The position numbers were made by a program, and so were the translations under genes. A stretch of DNA of 60,985 nt, from positions 1 through 60,985 of IMG/VR virus record IMGVR_UViG_3300048996_000173. One strand, written 5' to 3'. This DNA is from a virus. Its lineage: Duplodnaviria; Caudoviricetes. The notes beneath the pieces were generated by a model. The model made no database searches. It was given only the letters and a program-made list of their open reading frames with translations, and was not told the origin of the DNA. Of this stretch, positions 18,705 to 27,233 are shown in pieces; position 1 is the stretch's first letter; each line of letters begins with the position of its first letter.

Positions 18705-19130
18705 TTATCGCCGCAGCGATAGTTGGTATGTTGCGCCGAATCGAGCCACCGCGGTCTCCCCGAAGTAGGGGATTCGCACAGGCGCCCGAGTCTGCTCGAC
18801 GTGGTCGAGCACAACGACGCCGGTCGGTGTCGTTACCCTGACAGGATATCCGAGCAGTACGGCGTCCATCGACTCAATCAGGTCTTCTACCCCGTCGTAG
18901 TCCCGGCCGAGCACCTCGATGTCGACCAGCGGGTAGTCGTTCAGCTTGGTCCGGCCACCGCTCGGCCACCTCCGGGGCTTGAAGAAGTAGCCGTCGATCG
19001 GGTCCGGATCCTCGACGCCGACGTGGCCACCCTCGTACCCGCCGGGGAACTCCGTGGGCCATCGGCCGGCGGCCCAGTGCATCAGGACCTTCTCGATGTT
19101 CGGGAACCGCCCGAAGTCGTTGGCGCTCAC
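18705..19130 (-). CDS. Tail terminator
   Basis: FPNIEKVL...DYPLVDIEV...ATYQLSLRR, located before the major tail gene. Confidence 0.75.
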   Translation of the reverse strand: MSANDFGRFPNIEKVLMHWAAGRWPTEFPGGYEGGHVGVEDPDPIDGYFFKPRRWPSGGRTKLNDYPLVDIEVLGRDYDGVEDLIESMDAVLLGYPVRVTTPTGVVVLDHVEQTRAPVRIPYFGETAVARFGATYQLSLRR

Positions 19131-19489
19131 TTCTTCCCCCTCCGCTGCTTCGGAACGTGCCAGGCCGCCGCGACGTCGGCCATCCAGTGCTTCGCCGTCT
19201 GGTTCTTCCCGCCGAACTCGTCCGGCGCGGCGCCGGGGTGGGAGCTGTAGATGTCGGCGCCGGCGCGCGGCGATCCGTTGATGATGACCGGCTCCGGGTG
19301 CTCGTTGACCTCGTAGGTGTCGGCCAGGTGTACGCCGCCCACCCTCGAGCTCCGGTGCACGATGCCGGACAAGGCGTTCACCATGTCGTACGCCGCCTCG
19401 ACGGCCGGCTTCCGAGCCTGTTCGGACAGCATGAAGGCGCCGAAGTCGGCGTGGTTCGGGACGTACTTCACTCGCACGCGCGTGCTCAT
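19127..19489 (-). CDS. Neck / HK97 gp10-like connector protein
   Basis: Position and EFG motif. Confidence 0.6.
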   Translation of the reverse strand: MSTRVRVKYVPNHADFGAFMLSEQARKPAVEAAYDMVNALSGIVHRSSRVGGVHLADTYEVNEHPEPVIINGSPRAGADIYSSHPGAAPDEFGGKNQTAKHWMADVAAAWHVPKQRRGKK

Positions 19490-19812
19490 GAGCCCACTCG
19501 CTTGACCTGCATGATGACCTTGACGCCGGAGCTCGGCCGGAACTCGCCAGGAGCGCCGTCGATCTCCCAGTCCTTGCCGCGCGCGGTGATGCGGTCGTTG
19601 GCCTTGATGGCGACGGGGAGCTCGGTCGTCGCGAGAGGGTCGGCACGCGGGGGCACGTAGACGTTCAGGCCGTCCAGGATCGCGCCGTCCTCGGCCTCGC
19701 TCGAGGTTCGGGGCCAGATCTTGCAGCCCTTGATCTCGCGCGGGTCGCCGTACTCGCGCTGGCCGGTCGGACCCTTCTTGATGAAGGGCTCCACGGTGAT
19801 CGTCTCGGTCAT
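19486..19812 (-). CDS. Head-to-tail stopper
   Basis: DRITARGKDWEIDGAP pattern. Confidence 0.75.
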   Translation of the reverse strand: MTETITVEPFIKKGPTGQREYGDPREIKGCKIWPRTSSEAEDGAILDGLNVYVPPRADPLATTELPVAIKANDRITARGKDWEIDGAPGEFRPSSGVKVIMQVKRVGS

Positions 19813-19828
19813 GGTGTCAGTCTACCGA

Positions 19829-21877
19829 TCAGACGATCTCTACGCCGGTGATTGGGACGATCTCGCCAGCCACGACGACACCCTCGACCGGCAGCTCCTC
19901 ACCGCCGAGCACGTACGTCAGCGACCAGCTCTCGCCGGTGGCCAGGTCCCAGGTGTCGACGTTGGTCCACTTCACCGTGCCGGTGATGGCGTCGTACCCC
20001 TGGTCGGTGATTTCGATCGTGGTGCCGTCGTCGACCAGCGTGCTGCGGACGAACTGCCGGCAGGCGGCTGGCGCCGGGCCGGAGAAGAACTCGTCGAAGG
20101 TCGACGGGTTACGTCCGCCGCCGGTGTTGTGCATGGGCGACGAGCAGACCACCGGGAAGTCGCCGTAGTCGTTGTTCTCGCGGCGGGTGTAGCCCATCAG
20201 GTGGCTGTCGCCGTGGTAGATCTTGATGTTGGCGCCGGCCGCCGCGACCAGGCCGTTGAACTCATTCCGGTAGTCGGCGTAGGACCACATCTTGTCCTCG
20301 CCGTTCGCCGTACTGGCCGGCCCCATCCAGGCGACGTCCATGAAGATGATCTTGAGCTGCTCGTCGCGCTCAAGCTCGCTGGCCAGCCAGGCCTCCTGGG
20401 CGGCGCCGAACGGAGTCTTGCTCGGCCCATCGGCGGTCAGGCCGGCAGTGCGGTCGAGGTTGCGGATGTCCGGCATGATGAACCGGACCCCGCCAGACGG
20501 AGTCGGCACGGTGAAGGCGTGGTGCCGACTCCGGAGTGGGCTGGTGGCGTCGACCAGCGGGTAGTGCGGAACGAAGTCCTTGTACGCCGTCAGAGCGGCG
20601 CCGTTGACGGTGTTGTTCGAGTCGGCGTTGTCGACGTTCGAGGTGTCGTGGTCGGATGGGAGGTAGTCGGCCGGGGTGTCCCGGAGCATTGCCTTCAGGC
20701 CAGCGGCGCCGGCGATCTGGCTCTCGAGCAGGCCGATGTGGGCCTCAGGGTCGGTCGACGTCGGGCCGGAGTAGTGGAAGTCACCGGTGCAGATCGACCA
20801 GTCCGGCGCCCAGGTGGCCAGAGCATCCATGGCCGCCGAGTCCGCGGCGTTGGTCGTGATGCAGGACCAGGCGGAGAACTTGACCGTGCCGTCGTCCGGT
20901 AGGGTGATCAGCCGGCCGGCCACGCCCAGGAGGTAGTCGACGCCGGAGATCGTGTCGACCAGACGGTACGAGTACGTCGTACCGGGCGCCAGGCCGGTCA
21001 GGTCGAACAGGTACCGGCCCGCCGCGGAGCTGGTGGGGATGAAGTCGCCGACGCCGACCACCCGCAGGGACAGCGAGGTCGCGCCGGTGACCTTCGCGCG
21101 GACGCGAGCGGTCGTGGTGGTGTTGGTGTACCACCGGTACACCTCGGTGCCTGGAGTCGGTTCCACCGGTGCCGGCGCGGGCCGGACGGCGAAGGTGTAG
21201 GAGACGCCGGACGGGGTGGCGACGTTGGACGTGAAGCTCATCGCGCCGGACGAGCCGGAGTCCACCGCGGCGTCACGACCGAACAGGCCGATCGCCGTGG
21301 CGCCGCTGGCCGTCTGCGCCCAGAAGCCGTGCGAGGTCCAGCCGGCCGGGACCGTCCAGCCGGTGAGGCTCGACTGCCGGTAGACGGCGATGGTATAAAC
21401 CTTGCTGCCTACGGTATCTAGATCGGTTACCACGGGGGCAGGGTGGACAGTGGCGCCGGTGCCCGACTCGGCCAGCCAGGTCGCAGTGCCGGACAAGAGG
21501 TCGGCGCCGTCGGACTCGCTCAGTACGATCGGGAGCAGGGCGGACCGGGCCGTGGTTGGCGCGGTCCAGTGCGCGTGGAAGATCTTGCCGGTGTCGGAGT
21601 CGGTGTATCGCTTCACCCAGACGGCGGACGTGTTGGCCGAGCTTGACCGGACAGAGCCGGTGAGCAGGGTCCAGCCCGCGGTGGCCGGATCGACTCCCGC
21701 CCCGGCCGCGCCGTACGTGAAGGTCAGGCCGGCCGTGATGACGACGTTCGTGGCGAAGACGACCGCGAGGAACTGGCCCTCGGTGTAGTCGCCAATCGTG
21801 AGTTCCTGCAGCTCCGGATCCAGGGCGCCCGAGGTGGCGATCAGGGGCAGGCCGAAGCTGGTGAACGCCGCGGTCAC
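19829..21877 (-). CDS. Beta-rich N-terminal domain, FN3-like segment and PhoD-like metallophosphatase
   Basis: FSAWSC, TGDFHY, SDHD, PDIRN and HGDSH match the PhoD/alkaline phosphatase D motif order. Confidence 0.75.
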   Translation of the reverse strand: MTAAFTSFGLPLIATSGALDPELQELTIGDYTEGQFLAVVFATNVVITAGLTFTYGAAGAGVDPATAGWTLLTGSVRSSSANTSAVWVKRYTDSDTGKIFHAHWTAPTTARSALLPIVLSESDGADLLSGTATWLAESGTGATVHPAPVVTDLDTVGSKVYTIAVYRQSSLTGWTVPAGWTSHGFWAQTASGATAIGLFGRDAAVDSGSSGAMSFTSNVATPSGVSYTFAVRPAPAPVEPTPGTEVYRWYTNTTTTARVRAKVTGATSLSLRVVGVGDFIPTSSAAGRYLFDLTGLAPGTTYSYRLVDTISGVDYLLGVAGRLITLPDDGTVKFSAWSCITTNAADSAAMDALATWAPDWSICTGDFHYSGPTSTDPEAHIGLLESQIAGAAGLKAMLRDTPADYLPSDHDTSNVDNADSNNTVNGAALTAYKDFVPHYPLVDATSPLRSRHHAFTVPTPSGGVRFIMPDIRNLDRTAGLTADGPSKTPFGAAQEAWLASELERDEQLKIIFMDVAWMGPASTANGEDKMWSYADYRNEFNGLVAAAGANIKIYHGDSHLMGYTRRENNDYGDFPVVCSSPMHNTGGGRNPSTFDEFFSGPAPAACRQFVRSTLVDDGTTIEITDQGYDAITGTVKWTNVDTWDLATGESWSLTYVLGGEELPVEGVVVAGEIVPITGVEIV

Positions 21878-22473
21878 GGGGTGGTCCGTACGACAAGCGT
21901 GCCGTCCGGGGTGCCTCCGGGGAGCGCCTCGCCGGTATCCAGCTGGAGGACGGTGGCCTTGGTCGCGAGCTGGGCGTCGACGTAGGTCTTGTCGGCCTTG
22001 GCCGCGAGGGTCGTGGTGTGCCCGCCGACGGTGTTGGACAGGGTGGTCAGCGCGCTGGCCGCGGCCTTGCCGGACAGGGCGGAGTTGGTCGCAGAAACGA
22101 AGGCGTCGTACGTGCTGGTCGAGACCTTGTCGGCCAGGGAGGTGGCCACCGCCGAGGCAACCGCCTTCGTGGCGAGCTGAGCGTCGACGTACGACGTGTC
22201 GGCCTTGGTGCCGAGAGCGGATGAGACGTCGGAGCTGTTCGCCTTGCCGGCCAGTCCGCTGGTAAGCGCAGCAGCGGACGCCTTACCGGCGACGGTCGTC
22301 GACAGAGTGCCCAGGGTTAGCTCGATCGCGGCCACATCGGCCTGCAGGTCAGTGATCACCTGCGGATCGCCGCCGCCGACCACTCCGGCGATCTGCGACT
22401 CCAGGTCGGCCTTGATCGAGAGCAGGGTGTCCATGACCACGTTGGTCACGTCGTGGTCGAATCCTTGGGTCAT
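21874..22473 (-). CDS. Fibre-like coiled-coil virion protein
   Basis: Repeats KADTSYVDAQLATKA/KADKTYVDAQLATKA and a PDGTLVVRT C-terminus. Confidence 0.65.
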   Translation of the reverse strand: MTQGFDHDVTNVVMDTLLSIKADLESQIAGVVGGGDPQVITDLQADVAAIELTLGTLSTTVAGKASAAALTSGLAGKANSSDVSSALGTKADTSYVDAQLATKAVASAVATSLADKVSTSTYDAFVSATNSALSGKAAASALTTLSNTVGGHTTTLAAKADKTYVDAQLATKATVLQLDTGEALPGGTPDGTLVVRTTP

Positions 22474-22476
22474 GGG

Positions 22477-22971
22477 TCAGTCTCCGAATGCGCCAGTTTG
22501 CGAGGTCTCGCCGTACGGGATCTCCCAATCGGAACCGAGGTTGTCCGGCAGGTACACGGTCGGCATCCGGGGAGTGTCGTCGATCGGGCGGATGACCCAC
22601 AGGCCGCCGAAGCTGCCGGTCTCGGTCTTCATCGCCTCGAGCTCGTCCTTCTCGTCCTGGGTGAGCTCCATGGCCGCGGCCATCTTCGCCAGGATCGACT
22701 CGTTCAGCGGACCGGTGCCCTCGGTGATGATCGACCGGGGGTTGGTGTAGGTCCGGGCGGCGACCAGCAGGCAGATCGTCCGAGCGCGCGAGGGGACCAG
22801 GGTGGGGTCTGTCTCCCAGGCCGGCACCGGGATGCCGGCGGCCGAAGTCACCAGCTCCGTGGCGCGCTCAAGCACCATCGTAGCGAAGGGGTCCGCGAGC
22901 ACCTGCGCCTTGTCCCGACCCATGCCCTCGCACCAAGTGCCGAGGTGGTCGAGCGATTCGAGGGTTGCCAT
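22477..22971 (-). CDS. Head-to-tail adaptor
   Basis: Follows the capsid gene. ARTYTNP...ELTQDE pattern. Confidence 0.8.
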   Translation of the reverse strand: MATLESLDHLGTWCEGMGRDKAQVLADPFATMVLERATELVTSAAGIPVPAWETDPTLVPSRARTICLLVAARTYTNPRSIITEGTGPLNESILAKMAAAMELTQDEKDELEAMKTETGSFGGLWVIRPIDDTPRMPTVYLPDNLGSDWEIPYGETSQTGAFGD

Positions 22972-22990
22972 GAGCCCATGCTACGCGAAG

Positions 22991-23021
22991 GGCCCCCGCT
23001 CGCGCGATGCGAGCGGGGGCC
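22991..23021 (-). terminator. Terminator after the major capsid gene
   Basis: 13-bp perfect stem GGCCCCCGCTCGC/GCGAGCGGGGGCC. Confidence 0.75.
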
Positions 23022-23062
23022 TCGACCCTCAAGCCGAAGCCGGAGGGGGGATGATCCGAAGA

Positions 23063-24103
23063 TCAGTCCAGCACGGAGCCGGTGCCAGTGAAGGCGAACC
23101 GGACGTTGCGGACGTTCTTGCGGGTACCGACCGCCGACGGAACGACCGGGTTGCCGGTGTTCGGGTCGATCGGCAGGTCTTCCTCGTCCAGGTCGTCGAC
23201 CTCGTAGATCCACGAGCCGTCGGGGTTGCGCTGGTCGCGCACGTCCGCGATGCCCAGGAACGCGCTCACGATCGAGCGGTCACGAGCGTAGTTCGCGTCG
23301 TAGTCCTGGATCCAGCGCATCGCGTAGCCGTTCAGCGACAGGCCCGCGCCGGTGGCGGCACCCGTCGGGACGAACGGAGCGAGGCTGGCCAGGATCATGG
23401 CCGACGGGGAGAGCAGGTAGCCCTCCTTCGGGTCTAGGCCCGTGTGCTCCAGGACCGGCAGGCCCGAGAGCTGACCGATGAGCGCCTGGCGCACGGCCGG
23501 GACGGCGTTCTCGCCGATCGAGTCGTAGCGGGACAGTCGGTCCGAGACCCGGAAGGCCGCGGCGACGTCGGAGCCGACCAGGATCGCCCGGCCGCGGGTC
23601 GGCGCCACCTTGAACGAGTTCAGCCGGCGGACAGCCTCGACCACGTAGGTGTGCGGGTCCACGTCGCCCAGATCCATGGCGGGCATGATCAGGTCGGCGT
23701 GGTTGTTCAGGGTACGGAAGCCCGCGACAGCCTTGGCCTCGAAGTCCTTCGCGATCGCCTGCGCCTGGGGGGCGACGACGTCCTCGGACAGCGAGATCTC
23801 GTCCATCCGCATGTGCTCGTCGGTCAGAGCGGTCGCGGAGTAGACGTGCTTGTTCAGCTTCACGGGCATCGACGCGCCGCCCATGATGTCGTCCAGCACG
23901 ATCGGGGCGTTGCGGGTGCGCCACTCGTAGTCACGAGCCGTCGCCTGGAGCTCCTTGATGCGCATGTTAACCGTGTCGCCCTTGGCGCCGACGAAGTTCT
24001 CGCCGGAGAAGCGCGTCACGAAGTACGGCGCAAGGAGCTCGTCACCCATCACGGGGAGCGAGTACTCGATGACCTTCTCCGGCTTTACCTTCAGTACAGC
24101 CAC
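23063..24103 (-). CDS. Major capsid protein
   Basis: GAKGDTVNMRI, HVYSATALTDE and RWIQDYD motifs, strong codon bias, follows the scaffold gene. Confidence 0.9.
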   Translation of the reverse strand: MAVLKVKPEKVIEYSLPVMGDELLAPYFVTRFSGENFVGAKGDTVNMRIKELQATARDYEWRTRNAPIVLDDIMGGASMPVKLNKHVYSATALTDEHMRMDEISLSEDVVAPQAQAIAKDFEAKAVAGFRTLNNHADLIMPAMDLGDVDPHTYVVEAVRRLNSFKVAPTRGRAILVGSDVAAAFRVSDRLSRYDSIGENAVPAVRQALIGQLSGLPVLEHTGLDPKEGYLLSPSAMILASLAPFVPTGAATGAGLSLNGYAMRWIQDYDANYARDRSIVSAFLGIADVRDQRNPDGSWIYEVDDLDEEDLPIDPNTGNPVVPSAVGTRKNVRNVRFAFTGTGSVLD

Positions 24104-24170
24104 GGGGGACCTCCTAGAGATCGGGTCGGCCGCCTAGGTCTCCGTGGCAGGTGACCTTGCGGTGTGTTCG

Positions 24171-24755
24171 TCAGTTTCCGAACGGGTTGGACTGCTTGGC
24201 GCGGAATCGATCGCGGAACTGGTCCGCGGTGAGCTCGGTGCCGCTCCCGGTCTGCTTCCGGTCGCCCGGATTGACCGTTTCCTTCGGGGTGGTGTCGACC
24301 GGGTTCTTACCCCCGTCGTCGCCGTCCTTGTCGGTGGTCTTCTTCTCGCCGACCCGGGCCTTCAGCTGCTCCGCGATCGCCTTGTTGGCGTCGAGGTCAG
24401 CTCCGGTCAGGAAGGCGATGTCGCCCTTTTCGAGCCCGTTGTCCTGGATCAGTTCCAGCTTCGCCCGCTCGAGCTCGGCCTTGGCGGCCTGGCCGGTGAG
24501 GGCTTCCACGGACTGCTGCAGCTTCTGGATCTCGGTCAGCCCCTCCTGGGACTTCTCGGTCACCTTGGTCTCCAGCTCCGTGATCTTCGTGTCCTTCTCG
24601 GACACTCGGGTCTGGAGCTTGTCCTTGTCGTTGAGCACGTTCCAGAGGTAGGTCTTGAGCTGCGCCTTGTCGATCACCTGATCTGCATCAGCGACCGGCT
24701 GGCCGTCCTTGACTTCCCACGGGGCCTTGAACTCTTCGAGCTTCGGAACGGGCAC
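24171..24755 (-). CDS. Capsid scaffolding protein
   Basis: Charged helical protein with APWE and LTG motifs, located before the capsid gene. Confidence 0.8.
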   Translation of the reverse strand: MPVPKLEEFKAPWEVKDGQPVADADQVIDKAQLKTYLWNVLNDKDKLQTRVSEKDTKITELETKVTEKSQEGLTEIQKLQQSVEALTGQAAKAELERAKLELIQDNGLEKGDIAFLTGADLDANKAIAEQLKARVGEKKTTDKDGDDGGKNPVDTTPKETVNPGDRKQTGSGTELTADQFRDRFRAKQSNPFGN

Positions 24756-24846
24756 GGTGTCCTCCTACGGACGTCGAGGGAAGACCACCTGCGGCCGTTC
24801 CCAATGGGATCAGTCTAAAGTGCGCGCTGGGGCCGGTGCATCCCAA

Positions 24847-25680
24847 TCAGCGAGACTTGCGGCGAGAGCGGTATTCCCGGCCCTCGACCAGCGCGCGGAA
24901 CGCCCGGCGATCTTCCTTCGGGCCGCCGTCGGACAGCTGAGTCGCCTGGATCCACAGCGCCTCGAAGTCGCGACCACGGCCTGGCCACTCACTCGAGCGG
25001 GAGTACGCCGGCTCCATGGTGCACTGGCACGCGTCGTGGACCTTGGCGATGCCTGAGCCAGTGAACTTGGCATCCGAGTCGGTGAACACCTTCTCGCCGT
25101 ACAGGGGTCCGCGACTGGCCAGCATCGCGCAGAAGTAGCACGGGTCGTCGCGAGTGACGCGCGCCCAGCCGATCGCGAGCCTGTCCTCCTGGGCTGCCTC
25201 GCGCATCAAGTCCCGGCCGCCGTCAAGCGTGTGGCGTACGGCGGCCGCGGAGACCGTCTTGCCGGCGGACTCGAAGGCTTCGTCCAGCCAGGCTCGGTCG
25301 AACTCAGGGGTGGTCTCGAGCTCCTTCAGCTTGCCGGCCTTCGCGCTGTAGGCCAGCGGGCCGGTCACGCGCAGGGAGGTCTCGACCGCCGGCAGAGAGA
25401 GTGGCGGAGCGTCGGGGAGCTCGAAGCGCGGCGCGTTCGGTACCTCCAGCGCGCGGAACTGCGGGTAGTACGCGCGCGTCAGGGCGACAGACTTCGGCCG
25501 CTCGCGCCGGATCAGCGCCAGAGCGAGCTGGAGGAAGCGCTCAGTCGTCTCGGCGAAGTTGTCTTGTCGGACAGTGCGCGCCCAGAGTGCGGCGATCGCG
25601 TAGGCCATGAAGGCGCCCCGCTTCGCCTGGGCGGCCCGGTGCGCCTCAGTGAGGCCGGCCGCGACCGGGGAGACGCTCAC
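24847..25680 (-). CDS. Capsid maturation / MuF-like protein
   Basis: WARV...PCYFCAMLASRG...HDACQC. Confidence 0.8.
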   Translation of the reverse strand: MSVSPVAAGLTEAHRAAQAKRGAFMAYAIAALWARTVRQDNFAETTERFLQLALALIRRERPKSVALTRAYYPQFRALEVPNAPRFELPDAPPLSLPAVETSLRVTGPLAYSAKAGKLKELETTPEFDRAWLDEAFESAGKTVSAAAVRHTLDGGRDLMREAAQEDRLAIGWARVTRDDPCYFCAMLASRGPLYGEKVFTDSDAKFTGSGIAKVHDACQCTMEPAYSRSSEWPGRGRDFEALWIQATQLSDGGPKEDRRAFRALVEGREYRSRRKSR

Positions 25681-27194
25681 TTCGCGCCCCGGTCGCTACC
25701 CCCGGTGCCCTTGCCGACGACGGGCGTCGGCGGCACGGCGTCAGCCATCTGCTTCGCGGCGTCGGCGGCCTGCTCGGCCTCGAGCTCGGCGAACAGCGTC
25801 TCCATCAGGTCGCCGGACTCCACCAGGTCCTTAGCGCGCTCGCTGTCCTGGTCGGTCCAGCCGGGGATGCGCTCCCACAGCATCTCGACCGGGATCTTCA
25901 GCGCCGTCGCGGCGATGCCCAGGGCGTTCACGGTCTGGACCAGCGAACGCGACTCGGTGTCACGCCAGCGGACCTCCATGTCCCAGGCGCGAGACTCGCT
26001 GGTGTCGCCGTTGATGTGCGCCGCCAGACGGAGCAGCTTCTCGTGCGACTCCCCGCAGAAGGTCTTGAAGTCGCCGGCCTTTCGGAGCAGCCCGCCTTCG
26101 GCCGCGGCCAGAGCCTCGGCCTGCAGGTTGCTGGACAGGCCGAGCAGGTGGTGCGGCGGGGTCTGGGTGATGGCGGCCAGCTGGCGCAGGTCGTTGTCGA
26201 TGGCCGAGAGGAAGCCCGAGATGTCGGTCGCGTCGAGCGTGCCGAACTTCGTCTCCTTGTCGGGGCTGACCAGGAGGTCGGCGATGCGCAGCTTGAGCTT
26301 GACGTACTCCTCGTCGGTCGCGTCCTTGGGCTTGGCCAGGCCGGCGATGTACCGGACCTTCCAGGCGCCGAAGCGCTGCACGATAAGGCGGTCGAAGGTG
26401 CCCTGGTCCAGCCGGCGGAGCAGCGGGATGACGGGCTCGATCTCACCGGTGGCCAGACCATCGAGGTCGAGCGAGTTGGCGTACCGGACGAAGGGGGTCA
26501 CGTTCAGGTCGTGGCTGACGTAGCTGACGTACGACCACTCCTTCTTGTCGGCGCCGTCGCCCTTGGCCTTCAGCTTGTGCGTGCCGGTGTTGTCGACGAA
26601 GTCGATGTTCCAGCCCCTCTCCTTCTCGGTCACGCCGTCGGAGCCGACCTCGCGGTACGGACGGAAGTGCATGACGTGGAGCGGCCACTGGTCGTCCGGC
26701 TCCTCGTAGAACGCAGCCATCCGGCTCGCCGGGTACGCGCGCAGTCGGGCGAGCTTGTCGCCGGTGAACGGATCCTTGCCGGGCATGGCCGAGGCGAAGG
26801 CCAGACCGTGGCCGATGGTCGAGCGGGTGAGCGGGATCTGCATCGCGTCCCACTCGTTTCGCTGCCACGTCTCCCAGACCTTCAGGTTGTCGCGCGAGCC
26901 CGGCCGGCGTACGCCGTCGACGTACAGCATCTGGCTCATCGACTTGACCACCAGGCCGGCGAACGCGTTCGGCGATCGGGACTGCAGGTCCTCGTACTCG
27001 TCGTCGACGGAGTCGGGCTGATAGACCCCACCCTGCCAGGCCGCCAGGGAGCTGTTCGGCCGGAGCATCGCGGCGATGTCGTTCTGCTCCCCGCGGACCC
27101 AGGAATCCAGGACCAGGGTGCGCTCCCGCTGCCGCAGGCAAGAGGGGAAGTCGAGGTGTGCTTGAGCGAGCACCGACGTGCTACTGGCGACCAC
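25677..27194 (-). CDS. Portal protein
   Basis: 505 aa SPP1-type protein following terminase. Motifs GEIEP and TPPHHLLG. Confidence 0.88.
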   Translation of the reverse strand: MVASSTSVLAQAHLDFPSCLRQRERTLVLDSWVRGEQNDIAAMLRPNSSLAAWQGGVYQPDSVDDEYEDLQSRSPNAFAGLVVKSMSQMLYVDGVRRPGSRDNLKVWETWQRNEWDAMQIPLTRSTIGHGLAFASAMPGKDPFTGDKLARLRAYPASRMAAFYEEPDDQWPLHVMHFRPYREVGSDGVTEKERGWNIDFVDNTGTHKLKAKGDGADKKEWSYVSYVSHDLNVTPFVRYANSLDLDGLATGEIEPVIPLLRRLDQGTFDRLIVQRFGAWKVRYIAGLAKPKDATDEEYVKLKLRIADLLVSPDKETKFGTLDATDISGFLSAIDNDLRQLAAITQTPPHHLLGLSSNLQAEALAAAEGGLLRKAGDFKTFCGESHEKLLRLAAHINGDTSESRAWDMEVRWRDTESRSLVQTVNALGIAATALKIPVEMLWERIPGWTDQDSERAKDLVESGDLMETLFAELEAEQAADAAKQMADAVPPTPVVGKGTGGSDRGAK

Positions 27195-27233
27195 GATGGT
27201 GCTCCTTCAGGTAGATGATAGCGTCCATGGTAC

